In this document: positions 45,349 to 55,841 of the stretch, one piece after another
Layout of the letters: the number at the start of each line of letters is the position of its first letter
Numbering within the stretch: position 1 is the stretch's first letter
From: an uncultured Thermoleophilia bacterium
Lineage (GTDB): Bacteria; Actinomycetota; Thermoleophilia; UBA2241
Direction of reading: 5' to 3'
DNA: 64,000 nt
NCBI GenBank assembly: GCA_963808735.1
Contig: CAWEHE010000007.1
Span: forward strand, 17,655 to 81,654
Notes under the pieces: generated by a model
What the model was told of the DNA's origin: nothing
Databases searched by the model: none
Seen by the model: only the letters and a program-made list of their open reading frames with translations
Program-made: the position numbers and the translations under genes

Positions 45349-46947
45349 GTCGACGACCCGATAGTCTCGCTTGAGGGCCGCGACCAGCGGATCCGCTGGC
45401 GCGCCGGGTTCCAGCAGGCCGTGCGAGACGAAGGCGACGTCAGGCCAGGAGCGTCGGTCGAAGTACTCCACGGCGTAGTGGTCCGAGGGTCCACGGGCGA
45501 GCCATGCGGCGTTTGTCGTGATGTCGCCCCCGGCAAGCAGATAGGCGAGCGGGGCGTTGAAGACAAGCACTCGGTCGTCTGGCCGGACCCACCGTCGGGC
45601 CACGTCTTGGACAGCCTCGATCTTCGCCGCTTGCTCATCTGAGGTGGCGATGCCAGCAAGCGGACCAGTCGTGAAGCGATGGTCGAGTCGGAGCGGCGCT
45701 CCCTCTTTGAAGGAGACGCTCCAGAGCAGGAACACGGCGATGAAGGCGACACTCACGGCGGCCGCGATGAGAAGCCAGCGGCCGCAGTCGACCCTCAGGA
45801 TCGATGCCCACGCGACGAGGACGGCGACGGTGAGCGGCGCCAGCCCCGTATACGCCACATCCCAACTCCAGCCGGATCGCGTCATGACCGCGACGATCAC
45901 CCAGTTGACCATGGCCATAGGCGCCGCGAGAAGGAGCAGGCGTCTGATGTCGTGGTGCTTTCCTCGAGCGGCCCGGACGATGACCGCGGGCAGGATCCCC
46001 AGGGTGCTCAGGGTGAGCCACGCCGTCCCGATGCTGAACCAGAGGTCACGCTGTCCGCGGGTCAGCGCGTCCGGGATGAGCTGGCGGAACGCGGCCAGCG
46101 GAACCAGGGCAAGCACGATGGCGCGCCAGCGAGGACGCATCCACGGCAAGCAGGCGATCGCGGAGAGCAGCCACATGAGCAGCAGCCAATCGCGCGTCAG
46201 GGTCTTGCGCAGACGTCGCATCACGATCGAGGCACGCTGGAGCGGGGATCGCGCCGACTGCCAGATCTCGCCCGAGTAGGCCAGTGCCTGCCGGACGTCG
46301 TGAGCGGAGACGGTGACCGCGAGCCACGCGACGACGACGAGACCCGATGCCGCGCCGCCGACGACGAACCACACGAGGAGACGCCGGTCGCTGGTGGTGA
46401 GGGCGAACGTGATCGCGAAGATGAGGGCTCCGACGCTGAGGGGAGGGTACGACAGCGCGCCGATGAACGCGGCGACGCCCGCGGCGGCAGCCTTGGCGCG
46501 ATTGCCGTCACGTTGTGCCGCGAAGCCGAGAGCGGTCGCCGCAGACAACGCGAGGATCGCAGACGTGTTGTAGCTCACCCCGATGATGTTGTACGGGGGT
46601 GCGAGCAGGGGTACCCAAGCCCCGAGGCCCGCGACCAGTGCACCGAACGACGGGCGCAGGGACCGGTAGATCACGTAGCCGACTGCGATCGCGAGCGCGA
46701 TGTAGAAGAGGCGCAGAGCGAGGACGATCCCCGTCGTGCCGAACAGCGCGGTCCACACCCGCGTGAACGGCACGGCTGCGAGGAAGCCCAGGGCCTGCGA
46801 CGTCATCTCATCTGCGAAGACACGCGCACCGTGCGCGAGGCGCAGGGTGATGACCGCGTAGTGGGCATCGTCGACGAACGTGATGCCGTAGGTTGCCCGC
46901 CATGCGGTGAGAAGGCCCAATGCCGCGACGGTGACGACCACGGTCAT
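45313..46947 (-). CDS. GT-C fold integral-membrane glycosyltransferase (ArnT/PMT-like)
   Basis: ~13 predicted TM helices; FVDDAHY acidic motif in the first extracytoplasmic loop; C-terminal soluble domain. Start could extend to 47056. Confidence 0.5.
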   Translation of the reverse strand: MTVVVTVAALGLLTAWRATYGITFVDDAHYAVITLRLAHGARVFADEMTSQALGFLAAVPFTRVWTALFGTTGIVLALRLFYIALAIAVGYVIYRSLRPSFGALVAGLGAWVPLLAPPYNIIGVSYNTSAILALSAATALGFAAQRDGNRAKAAAAGVAAFIGALSYPPLSVGALIFAITFALTTSDRRLLVWFVVGGAASGLVVVAWLAVTVSAHDVRQALAYSGEIWQSARSPLQRASIVMRRLRKTLTRDWLLLMWLLSAIACLPWMRPRWRAIVLALVPLAAFRQLIPDALTRGQRDLWFSIGTAWLTLSTLGILPAVIVRAARGKHHDIRRLLLLAAPMAMVNWVIVAVMTRSGWSWDVAYTGLAPLTVAVLVAWASILRVDCGRWLLIAAAVSVAFIAVFLLWSVSFKEGAPLRLDHRFTTGPLAGIATSDEQAAKIEAVQDVARRWVRPDDRVLVFNAPLAYLLAGGDITTNAAWLARGPSDHYAVEYFDRRSWPDVAFVSHGLLEPGAPADPLVAALKRDYRVVDSSTPLVVLVPR

Positions 46948-47340
46948 CACCTCGCGTCGCCGCGCCCTGACTGACTGCGAGGAACCGGGTGATGCCGCAG
47001 TCGGAGATGACTCAGCGGTAGGACTTGCCCTCTCGGAATCGCGCGGTTCGGGCATATGACTCCATTCGATCTGGAACGTTGGGGGATGATACATCGGCGA
47101 CCATGCAGGGGTCGGGAGAGCTGCGCCCGTCAGCCCCATGGCCGTGCCTTGGGATGCGACGACCTCTTGGAGGTACGTCAGGCCGACCTCGCTGTCTGTG
47201 AGCATGGTGTTCGACGCGGTCGATCCCTCGCCGCGCCCCCAGGGCTCTCGTCTGCCGTTGGCATCGCACTCGCCGCCGGCCGCTCTGCATCCGGCACGTA
47301 CGCTCCCGAGACGACACGGGGTGCTAGAATCCGGCCACCG

Positions 47341-50300
47341 ATGACCCCCGACTTCGTCCATCTCCACGTGCACAGCGAGTACTCGCTGCTCGACGGCGCC
47401 TGCCGCGTGATGCAGCTCGTCCAAAGGGCGAAGGAACTGGGCATGCCGGCCGTGGCCCTCACCGACCACGGCACGCTCGGCGGCGCCGTGAAGTTCTACC
47501 GCGCCGCCCAGGAGGAGGGCATCAAGCCCATCATCGGCCTCGAACTCTACGTCGCCACCGACCGACACAGCCGCGCCGGCGTCAAGGAGAAGAACGCCCA
47601 CCTCACGCTGCTCGCCCGCGACGAGGCCGGCTACAAGAACCTCGTCAAGCTCTCGACCACGGCCTATCTCGAAGGCTACTACTACAAGCCGCGTGCCGAC
47701 TGGGAGCTCCTCAGCCAGTATCACGAGGGCCTCATCGCGCTCACCGGCTGCATGAGCGGCAAGACGTCGATGCTGCTCCGCGACGGCGACGACACGGCCG
47801 CCCTGGCCGAGGTCACCCGGCTCGCCGAGCTGCTCGGCCCCGAGAACGTCTACGTCGAGCTCCAGGACGCCGGCCTGCCCGAGCAGCGCGAGCTGCTGCC
47901 GAAGCTCGCGCAGCTCGCCGAGAAGGCCGGCCTCAAGACCGTCGCCACCAACGACGTCCACTACCTGCGGCACGAGGACGCGTACGCGCACGACGCGCTT
48001 CTCTGCATCCAGACGCAGAGCAACATCGCCGACGAGAAGCGCATGCGCTACGGCAGCGACGAGTTCTACCTCAAGTCGGCGGACGAGATGTACGAGCGCT
48101 TCAAGGACTACCCCGGCGCCTGCGAGGCGACCGCCGAGATCGCCTCGCGCTGCGACGTCAGCCTCGACTTCGGTGACTACAAGCTGCCCACGTACCCTGT
48201 ACCGGACTGCTTCACCGAGGACAGCTATCTGCGCGAGCTGTGCGAGCAGGGCATCGCGCGCCGCTACGGCGGCGAGCCCGGCGCCGAGGTGATCGAGCGC
48301 CTCGACTTCGAGCTCGGGGTCATCGGTGAGATGGGGTTCGACGCCTACTTCCTGATCGTCTGGGACTACGTGAAGTTCGCCAAGGACAACGGCATCGCCG
48401 TCGGACCCGGCCGTGGGTCCGCCGCCGGGTCCATCGTCAGCTACGCGCTCGGCATCACCGACATCGACCCGCTCAAGTACGACCTGCTCTTCGAGCGCTT
48501 CCTCAACCCGGGGCGCAAGAGCATGCCCGACATCGACATGGACTTCAGCGTGGCCCGCCGCGAGGAGGTCATCGACTACGTGGCCGACAAGTACGGCCGC
48601 GACCGCGTCGCCCAGATCATCACCTTCGGCACCATGGCGGCGCGGGCGGCCGTGCGCGACGCCGCCCGCGTGCTGGGCAAGCCCTACGCCGCCGGCGACA
48701 AGATCGCCAAGATGATCCCCGAGCAGGCGCCGCCGGCGAGCTTCGAGGATGCGATGAAGCCGGGCTGCGAGCTCAGGCAGGCCTACGACGCCGACGAGGA
48801 GATCAAGGAGGTCGTCGACCTCGCCAGGAGCCTCGAGGGCCTCATCCGCAACGACTCCATCCACGCGGCCGCCGTGGTGATCAGCGACAAGCCCCTCACC
48901 GAGTACCTGCCGCTGCAGCAGAAGGGCGAGGCCGAGCTCGTCACGCAGTTCGACATGAACGACGTCTCCAAGCTCGGCCTGCTCAAGATGGACTTCCTCG
49001 GTCTGAGAAACCTCGACGTCATCGAGGCCGCGCTCGAGATCATCGAGAAGACGCGCGGTGTCTGCATCGAGATCGACCGGCTGCCGCTCGACGACGAGAA
49101 GACCTACAAGATGCTCGCGCGCGGCGACTCCACCGGGGTGTTCCAGTTCGAGAGCCCCGGCATGAAGGAGGCGCTGCGCGACATCGGCCCCACGGAGTTC
49201 GAGGACCTCATCGCCATCGTCGCCCTGTACCGGCCGGGGCCGATGCAGTACATCCCGACGTATGCGCGCAACAAGAAGGACCCGGCTTCGGTCGTCTACG
49301 ACCACGAGTCTCTGCGCCCCATCCTGGAGCCGACCCACGGCGTGACCATCTACCAGGAGCAGTACATGGCCATCGCCCGCCGGGTCGGCGGCTTCAGCCC
49401 GGCCCAGGCGGACGATCTGCGCAAGGCCATCAGCAAGAAGAACCACCAGCTGATGGCCACCCTCAAGGAGCCCCTGATGGGAGGCCTCGCCGAGCAGGGC
49501 GTGCCGCCGGCGGTCGCCAACAAGATGTGGGCCAACTTCGAGGCCACCGGCGACTACTCGTTCAACAAGAGCCACGCCGCCTGCTACGCGCTGATCAGCT
49601 ACCGCACCGCCTGGCTCAAGGCCAACTACCCGGTCGAGTACATGGCGGCCCTGGTCTCGAGCGTGATGAGCACCAAGGACAAGGTGCCGTTCTACGTCAA
49701 CCAGTGCCACGAGATGGGCATCGAGGTGCTGCCTCCGGACGTCAACACGAGCCTCGTCGAGTTCACCGTGGTGGAGGGCAAGATCCGCTTCGGCATGAAC
49801 GCCGTGAAGGGCGTCGGCGTCGGCGCCATCGAAGCCATCGTCGCGGCGCGCGACGAGGGCGGACCGTTCGAGTCGGTCTTCGACTTCTGCGCCCGCGTCG
49901 ACTCGCAGATGGCCAACAAGCGCGTGCTCGAGGCGCTCGTCCGCAGCGGCGCGTTCGACAGCACCGGCGACCCGCGCCGCGGCATGATCGAGGTGCTCCC
50001 CCTGGCGATGTCCGACGGGGAGCGCAAGCGCAAGGACGCGGCCAACGGTCAGGGCGGGCTCTTCGACGCCGCCCCGTCTGAGGACGGCGGCCACCCGCGT
50101 CCCACGGTGCCGCAGGTCGAGTGGGACCAGGCGACCTTGCTGCGCTACGAGAAGGAGGCCCTCGGCCTGTACGTCTCGGCGCACCCGTTGCAGGGCCTGC
50201 GCGAGCAGTTGCACGACGAGATCGAGGTCCCCGTGGCTCAGCTCGACCGCGTCGGCGACGGGGCGGTCACCTGGACGGGCGGCATCGTCACGAGCGCGCA

Positions 50301-50754
50301 GAAGAAGGTCAGCAAGAACGGCGGCGTGTGGCTCGCGTTCCGCCTCGAGGACATCGACGGCGGCATCGAGTGCCGCGCCTGGCCCAAGGTCTACGAGCAG
50401 AACCGGGAGCTCCTCGCCGAGGACGCCATCATCAAGGTCAAGGGCCGCATCGAGCGCCGCGCCGAGGGCGACAGCATGCTGGCCGCCATCGAGGTCGTGC
50501 CGTTCAACGGCGTGAGCGAGTACCATCCGCTCACCGTGGTGATCGACGCCGCCTGCGTGCCGCCCACGGTCATCGACGACCTGCGAAGGGTGCTGACCGA
50601 CTTCCCCGGCCAGGTGCCCGTGGTGCTGCAGATGGTGCGCGGCGACGAGCGCGCCAGGCTGCGCGTCGGCGATGGGCTGCGGGTGGATCCCGTCGCCGGT
50701 CTGTACGCCGAGCTCAAAGCGTTGCTCGGGGAGAGCTGTATCGGGGTCGGCTGA
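47341..50754 (+). CDS. dnaE: DNA polymerase III alpha subunit
   Basis: PHP domain HLHVHSEYSLLDGA, polymerase core and OB fold; 1137 aa. Confidence 0.9.
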   Translation: MTPDFVHLHVHSEYSLLDGACRVMQLVQRAKELGMPAVALTDHGTLGGAVKFYRAAQEEGIKPIIGLELYVATDRHSRAGVKEKNAHLTLLARDEAGYKNLVKLSTTAYLEGYYYKPRADWELLSQYHEGLIALTGCMSGKTSMLLRDGDDTAALAEVTRLAELLGPENVYVELQDAGLPEQRELLPKLAQLAEKAGLKTVATNDVHYLRHEDAYAHDALLCIQTQSNIADEKRMRYGSDEFYLKSADEMYERFKDYPGACEATAEIASRCDVSLDFGDYKLPTYPVPDCFTEDSYLRELCEQGIARRYGGEPGAEVIERLDFELGVIGEMGFDAYFLIVWDYVKFAKDNGIAVGPGRGSAAGSIVSYALGITDIDPLKYDLLFERFLNPGRKSMPDIDMDFSVARREEVIDYVADKYGRDRVAQIITFGTMAARAAVRDAARVLGKPYAAGDKIAKMIPEQAPPASFEDAMKPGCELRQAYDADEEIKEVVDLARSLEGLIRNDSIHAAAVVISDKPLTEYLPLQQKGEAELVTQFDMNDVSKLGLLKMDFLGLRNLDVIEAALEIIEKTRGVCIEIDRLPLDDEKTYKMLARGDSTGVFQFESPGMKEALRDIGPTEFEDLIAIVALYRPGPMQYIPTYARNKKDPASVVYDHESLRPILEPTHGVTIYQEQYMAIARRVGGFSPAQADDLRKAISKKNHQLMATLKEPLMGGLAEQGVPPAVANKMWANFEATGDYSFNKSHAACYALISYRTAWLKANYPVEYMAALVSSVMSTKDKVPFYVNQCHEMGIEVLPPDVNTSLVEFTVVEGKIRFGMNAVKGVGVGAIEAIVAARDEGGPFESVFDFCARVDSQMANKRVLEALVRSGAFDSTGDPRRGMIEVLPLAMSDGERKRKDAANGQGGLFDAAPSEDGGHPRPTVPQVEWDQATLLRYEKEALGLYVSAHPLQGLREQLHDEIEVPVAQLDRVGDGAVTWTGGIVTSAQKKVSKNGGVWLAFRLEDIDGGIECRAWPKVYEQNRELLAEDAIIKVKGRIERRAEGDSMLAAIEVVPFNGVSEYHPLTVVIDAACVPPTVIDDLRRVLTDFPGQVPVVLQMVRGDERARLRVGDGLRVDPVAGLYAELKALLGESCIGVG

Positions 50755-50784
50755 GGCCGGCCGGAGCGGGGAGGAGGACGCACG

Positions 50785-51984
50785 ATGATCCCGGAGGGTA
50801 TGCGCGACGTGCTTCCGCCCGAGACGGGCCGGCTGCGAGCGGTCGAGGATGGGCTGCGCGCGCGCTTTGCCTCCTACGGATACGGCGAGGTGCGCACGCC
50901 GTGGCTCGAGTTCGCCGGGACGCTCGAGGCCGCCGAGGACGACACGCTCGCCGCCGGCTACCGCCTCCACGACGAGCGGGGCCACGAGCTCATGGTCCGC
51001 ACCGACATGACCGTCCCGGTGGCCCGCATGGCCGCCGACCGCTGTGACGACGACCCGCTGCCGTTGCGCTTCTCCTACGTCGCCCCGAGCATCCGCCCGT
51101 GGGCGCCCCAGCGTGGCCAGGACGGCGAGTTCCTGCAGGCGGGGGCCGAGCTGCTGGGCCTGGACTCGGCCGGCGCCGACGCGGAGTGCGTCACGCTGCT
51201 CTGTGACGCGCTGTCCGGCCTCGGCCTGCGCGACTTCACGGTCACCCTCGGCACGGTCGCCTTCCAGCGGGCGCTCATCGACTCCCTCGGCCTGTCGGCG
51301 GACGACCGGGAGACCTTCACCGAAGCGCTCGCCGAGCGGGACTACCCGCTCGTCGAGAGCATCGCCGGCAACGCCGAGGTCGATCAGCGGGCGCTCACGG
51401 CGCTCTGGCGCATCCTCGAGCTCAGCGGGGGCGAGGACACGCTGGCGCAGGCGCGCAAGCTCGCGCGCAACGACGTCATGGAGGCCGCCGTGGCGCGCCT
51501 CGCCCAGGTGCGCGATCTCGTCGAGGAGGCGGGCCACGGCGCGCGCCTGGCCTTCGATTTCGGGCTGATGCAGGACCTCACGTACTACACGGGACTCATC
51601 GTGGAGGCCTACGCCCCGGGCGTGGGTCTGCCGCTGGCATCCGGCGGTCGCTACGACAGCCTGCTCGGGCGCTTCGAGTGGGACATCCCCGGCGTCGGCT
51701 TCGCGATCGCCGTGGACCGTGCCGCGGACGCGCTGGACGAGGCAGGCGTGGAGCTGCGCGGCGCGCCCGAGGCGATCGCGTTCCCCGGCGGCCTCGAGTC
51801 GCCGGCGCGGGCGGCGGAGCTGCGCCGCGCCGGTATCGCCGTGCGCGCGCTGCCGGAGGACGCCGCCGGCGTGGAGCCGCCGCTGCTGCGGCGGCGCGGC
51901 GGCTCCTTCGTCCTGCGGCTCGCCGACGGCCGCGAGGTCGCGGGCGGGGCCCGCGAGATCGCCGAGGCGCTGGAGGCGGGATGA
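50785..51984 (+). CDS. hisZ: ATP phosphoribosyltransferase regulatory subunit (HisRS paralog)
   Basis: MIPEGMRDVLPPE is the typical HisZ N-terminus; class-II aaRS-like core without anticodon-binding domain; directly precedes short-form hisG. Confidence 0.8.
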   Translation: MIPEGMRDVLPPETGRLRAVEDGLRARFASYGYGEVRTPWLEFAGTLEAAEDDTLAAGYRLHDERGHELMVRTDMTVPVARMAADRCDDDPLPLRFSYVAPSIRPWAPQRGQDGEFLQAGAELLGLDSAGADAECVTLLCDALSGLGLRDFTVTLGTVAFQRALIDSLGLSADDRETFTEALAERDYPLVESIAGNAEVDQRALTALWRILELSGGEDTLAQARKLARNDVMEAAVARLAQVRDLVEEAGHGARLAFDFGLMQDLTYYTGLIVEAYAPGVGLPLASGGRYDSLLGRFEWDIPGVGFAIAVDRAADALDEAGVELRGAPEAIAFPGGLESPARAAELRRAGIAVRALPEDAAGVEPPLLRRRGGSFVLRLADGREVAGGAREIAEALEAG

Positions 51985-52604
51985 GGATCGGGATCGCCTG
52001 TGACGGCGAGCCGCCTCCAGCCGAGCTCCTGGACCTCCTCGAGGCGGCCGGCCTGCCCGCCGCCCTGCTGCGCGGGCGACGTCCGCCGGCGCTGCTGCCC
52101 GACGGGGGCGGCGTGTGGCTGCTCGCAGCGGGCAGTGACGTGCTCCGCGCCTGCGACCGCGGGGGGCTCGATCTCGGCGTCGTCGGCCGCGATCTCCTGC
52201 TCGAAGGCCGCCGCGGCGCGGCCGACTTGCTGGACCTGCGCTGCTGTCGCGACGAGCTCGTCTACGCCGTGACGGCCGCCGCGGACCGCCCCGGACGCAG
52301 GCTCCGCGTGGCCACTCGTCACCCCGAGACGACGCTTCGCCACTTCGCCGCGGCGGGTCTGCAGCCGGAGATCATCACCCTGGACGAGCCGGCGCTCGCG
52401 CCGGCGCTGGGGCTCGCCGACGGCGTGGTGGAGCTGGGCTCGCGCCTTGCCGTGGGCGCCCCGGGCGCTCCGCCTCTGGAGGTGCGAGCGGTCGTCGCCG
52501 CCTGCAGCGCCCGGCTCGTCGCCGCGCGGGCCGCACGCGTGCTGCGCCGGGGCGACATCGACGCGCTCGTCAAACGCCTGCGTGCTGCCCTGGAGGACCG
52601 ATGA
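51981..52604 (+). CDS. hisG: ATP phosphoribosyltransferase, short form
   Basis: 207 aa; ATGA overlap with hisZ. Confidence 0.75.
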   Translation: MRIGIACDGEPPPAELLDLLEAAGLPAALLRGRRPPALLPDGGGVWLLAAGSDVLRACDRGGLDLGVVGRDLLLEGRRGAADLLDLRCCRDELVYAVTAAADRPGRRLRVATRHPETTLRHFAAAGLQPEIITLDEPALAPALGLADGVVELGSRLAVGAPGAPPLEVRAVVAACSARLVAARAARVLRRGDIDALVKRLRAALEDR

Positions 52605-53860
52605 GACAGCTGCCGTGGAACGACGACGTCGCCGCGACCGTTGCGGCGCTGCGCGACCTTGCGCCTGCGGCGGCCGGGGTGCGGAAGGCTGCGGAGGCTA
52701 TCGTGGCGGACGTGCGCGCCCGCGGCGACGACGCCGTGCGCGAGCAGACGTCGCGGCTCGACCGCGTCGAGCTCCCGGTGGAGTACGCCGTCCCGGCGGC
52801 CGAGCTGGCCGCGCGGCTGGCCGACCAGACGCCGGAGCTCCGCGCGGCGCTGGAGACGGCGGCCGCCAACATCCGCGCCTATCACGAGCGCGAGGCGGTC
52901 ATCCCGTGGCGCGAGACGCTGGCGCAGGGCCAGGTCGTCGGCCAGGAGGTCGTCCCGCTCGCCGCCGCCGGGCTCTACGTGCCCGGCGGCCTCGCCGACT
53001 ACCCGTCCTCGGTGCTGATGACGGCCATCCCCGCCCAGGTGGCCGGGGTCGAGCGCGTCGTCGTGTGCTCGCCGCCGCGTCCCGGCGGCGGCGCGGCCGC
53101 CGGCGTGGCCGCCGCGTGCGCGCTCCTCGGCATCGAGCGTCTGTACCCCATCGGCGGCGCCCAGGCCGTGGCCGCCATGGCGCTGGGCACAGCCTGCGTG
53201 CCCCGCTGCGACGTGATCGTCGGCCCCGGCAACGCCTACGTCACCGAGGCCAAGCGCCTGCTCGTCGGCGAGGTCGGCATCGACAGCCTCGCCGGGCCGA
53301 GCGAGGTCCTCATCGTCGCCGACGAGTCCGGCCGGCCGGAGTGGCTGGCGGCGGATCTTCTGGCGCAGGCCGAGCACGGCTCCGGGGCGATGGCGTGCCT
53401 CGCCGACGTCGGCGGCTCGCTGTGCGCTGCAGTCGCGGCCGCCGTCGAGCGGCTCTCAGCGGAGCTCGGCGTCGCCACGGACAACGTGGTCATCGTCGCC
53501 TGCCCGGACCGCGCCGCCGCGCTCGCACTGACCAACGCGTTCGCGCCCGAGCACCTCGAGCTCCACTGCGAGGGCGCCCGGGACCTGCTGCCCGGCGTGC
53601 GCAGCGCCGGCGCCGTCTTCCTCGGCCCGTACGCGGCCACGGCCTTCGCCGACTACGCCGCCGGCACCAATCACGTGCTTCCCACCGGCGGCTCGGCGCG
53701 TTTCGGCCAGGGCCTTTCCGTGGATTCTTTCCGCAAGCGCATGGCTGTGGTAGAACTCGACGGCCCAGCCGCCGCCGCGCTCGCCCCGGCGGTCGCGACC
53801 ATCGCCGACGAGGAGGGCCTGCGCGCACACGCGCTCTCGGCCCGCCTCCGCGCCGACTGA
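52601..53860 (+). CDS. hisD: Histidinol dehydrogenase
   Basis: HisD motifs (AGPSEVL, QAEHG, Zn ligands). Confidence 0.9.
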   Translation: MRQLPWNDDVAATVAALRDLAPAAAGVRKAAEAIVADVRARGDDAVREQTSRLDRVELPVEYAVPAAELAARLADQTPELRAALETAAANIRAYHEREAVIPWRETLAQGQVVGQEVVPLAAAGLYVPGGLADYPSSVLMTAIPAQVAGVERVVVCSPPRPGGGAAAGVAAACALLGIERLYPIGGAQAVAAMALGTACVPRCDVIVGPGNAYVTEAKRLLVGEVGIDSLAGPSEVLIVADESGRPEWLAADLLAQAEHGSGAMACLADVGGSLCAAVAAAVERLSAELGVATDNVVIVACPDRAAALALTNAFAPEHLELHCEGARDLLPGVRSAGAVFLGPYAATAFADYAAGTNHVLPTGGSARFGQGLSVDSFRKRMAVVELDGPAAAALAPAVATIADEEGLRAHALSARLRAD

Positions 53861-53870
53861 GGAGGCGTCC

Positions 53871-54461
53871 ATGACCGAGCGTCGCGCAGAGGTCAAGCGC
53901 ACCACCAACGAGACCGACATCACCCTGTCGCTCGCGATCGACGGCGCCGGGACGGCCGACGTCGCCACGGGCATCGGCTTTCTCGATCACATGCTGACGC
54001 TGTTCGCCCACCACGGCCGCTTCGACCTCACGGTGAGGGCCAGCGGCGACCTCGAGGTCGACGGTCACCACACGGTCGAGGACATCGGCCTCGCTCTGGG
54101 GCAGGCGCTGCGCGAGGCGCTCGGCGACAAGCGCGGCATCCGCCGCTACGGCTCCTTTCTGCTGCCGATGGACGAGGCCCTCGCGATGGTGGCGCTCGAC
54201 CTCTCCGGACGCCCGTTCTTCGCCCACGACCTGCAGCTGGCCGGGGTGCGCCTCGGGGAGTTCGACGGGGACCTCACGCCGCACTTCCTGCGCTCGCTGG
54301 CGACGCAGTGCGGGATGACGCTGCACGTGCGCCTGCTGGCCGGCAGCGACGCCCACCACATCATCGAGGCTGTGTTCAAGGCGTTCGCCCGGGCGCTCTC
54401 GCAGGCCTGCGAGCGGCACGGGCGCGACGACGAGGTGCCCTCCACCAAAGGCACGCTCTGA
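53871..54461 (+). CDS. hisB: Imidazoleglycerol-phosphate dehydratase
   Basis: RTTNETDI, GFLDHML, HHTVED motifs. Confidence 0.9.
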   Translation: MTERRAEVKRTTNETDITLSLAIDGAGTADVATGIGFLDHMLTLFAHHGRFDLTVRASGDLEVDGHHTVEDIGLALGQALREALGDKRGIRRYGSFLLPMDEALAMVALDLSGRPFFAHDLQLAGVRLGEFDGDLTPHFLRSLATQCGMTLHVRLLAGSDAHHIIEAVFKAFARALSQACERHGRDDEVPSTKGTL

Positions 54462-54466
54462 CCGGC

Positions 54467-55108
54467 ATGGCGGTCCTTCCGCGAGTCGTCGTCGTCGACT
54501 ACGGCATGGGCAACCTCGCGAGCGTCGCCAAGGCGCTGACGCGCAGCGGGGCCGACGTGCGCGTCACGCAGAGCGCCGCCGCGGTGCGGGGCGCCGCGGG
54601 CGTCGTGCTCCCCGGCGTGGGCGCCTTCCGCGACGCGGCCGCGCGGCTCGAGGAGAGCGGCCTGGGGGCCGCCGTCCTCGAGCGGATCGCGGCCGGCACG
54701 CCGTTTCTCGGCGTGTGCCTCGGCCTGCAGCTGCTCTTCGAGAGCAGCGCCGAGGGCGGCCGCCGGCCGGGCCTCGGCGTGCTGCCCGGCACCGTCGAGC
54801 GCCTCAGCACGGGCCTCAAGGTGCCGCACATCGGCTGGAACGACCTGGACTGGGGGCCGGCCGGCGCGGGCATGGCCCGCGGGCTGCCGGCCCCGGCCAC
54901 CGTCTACTTCGTCCACTCGTACGCGGCCGTTCCCGCGGACCCCGCCGTCGTCGCCGCGACGACGGACTACGGCGGGCCCGTCGTCGCGGCAGTGGCGCGC
55001 GACAACGTCTGGGCGGTACAGTTCCACCCGGAGAAGAGTTCCCGCGTCGGGCTCGCGCTGCTCGCCGCGTTCGTCGCCAACGTCCAACGGGAGGCGAGCC
55101 CCTCATGA
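54467..55108 (+). CDS. hisH: Imidazole glycerol phosphate synthase glutaminase subunit
   Basis: Class-I GATase (GVCLGLQ, FHPE). Confidence 0.9.
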   Translation: MAVLPRVVVVDYGMGNLASVAKALTRSGADVRVTQSAAAVRGAAGVVLPGVGAFRDAAARLEESGLGAAVLERIAAGTPFLGVCLGLQLLFESSAEGGRRPGLGVLPGTVERLSTGLKVPHIGWNDLDWGPAGAGMARGLPAPATVYFVHSYAAVPADPAVVAATTDYGGPVVAAVARDNVWAVQFHPEKSSRVGLALLAAFVANVQREASPS

Positions 55109-55830
55109 TCGTGTTCCCCGCCGTCGACATCCAGGCCGGCAAGGCCGTCCGTCTCCGCCGTGGTGACTTCGACGACGTCACCGTCTTCAGCGACGACCCC
55201 GTCGAGCTCGCGCGGTACTGGCAGGACCAGGGCGCGGAGGCGTTGCACGTCATCGACCTCGACGCCGCGCGGACGGGCGAGCTCACCAACTTCGAGATCG
55301 TCGAGCGCATCGTCAAGACGCTCGACATCCCCGTGCAGTACGGCGGCGGTATCCGCGATGCCAAGGCCCTGGCGATGATGGCCGGCATCGGCGTCCACTG
55401 GGTCGTGATGGGGACCGCCGCGGTCACCTCACTGGACATCCTCGACGACGCCGTGAACTGGATGGGCGAGCGCCTCGTCGTCGGGGTCGACTGTACGGAC
55501 GGGATGGTCGCCACGCACGGCTGGCAGGAGCGCTCCCAGATGAGCGCCATCCGCTTCGTCAAGATCCTCGCCGAGCACGGCGTGGGGCGCGTCGTCTACA
55601 CCGACACGGCCCGCGACGGCATGCTGGGCGGCCCCAATCTCCCCGGCCTCGCCGATCTCGCCGAGGTCTCGCCGCTCGAGATCATCCTCTCCGGCGGCAT
55701 CGCCCTGCTCGACGACCTGCGCCGCGTGAAACGGATGAACGCGCCCACCGTGGTCGGCGTCATCGTCGGCCGGGCGCTCTACGAGAAGTCGTTCACGCTC
55801 GCCGCCGCGCAGGCGGTCTTCGCCGAATGA
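55105..55830 (+). CDS. hisA: ProFAR isomerase
   Basis: MIVFPAVDIQAGKAVRL N-terminus; TIM barrel. Confidence 0.9.
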   Translation: MIVFPAVDIQAGKAVRLRRGDFDDVTVFSDDPVELARYWQDQGAEALHVIDLDAARTGELTNFEIVERIVKTLDIPVQYGGGIRDAKALAMMAGIGVHWVVMGTAAVTSLDILDDAVNWMGERLVVGVDCTDGMVATHGWQERSQMSAIRFVKILAEHGVGRVVYTDTARDGMLGGPNLPGLADLAEVSPLEIILSGGIALLDDLRRVKRMNAPTVVGVIVGRALYEKSFTLAAAQAVFAE

Positions 55831-55841
55831 CCTGCGTAGCC

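Noticed and set aside
45313-51537. Giant 2074-aa ORF on the minus strand
   Set aside because: Only its 3' portion (45313 to ~46947/47056) encodes a plausible multi-TM GT-C protein. The rest is the antisense frame of dnaE, kept open by high GC (Arg/Ala/Gly/Val-rich nonsense).
52319-54419. Alternative-frame and antisense ORFs over hisD/hisB (52319..53377 -, 52447..53874 +, 53490..54419 -)
   Set aside because: HisD and HisB frames carry all diagnostic motifs; the alternatives are Arg/Pro-rich.
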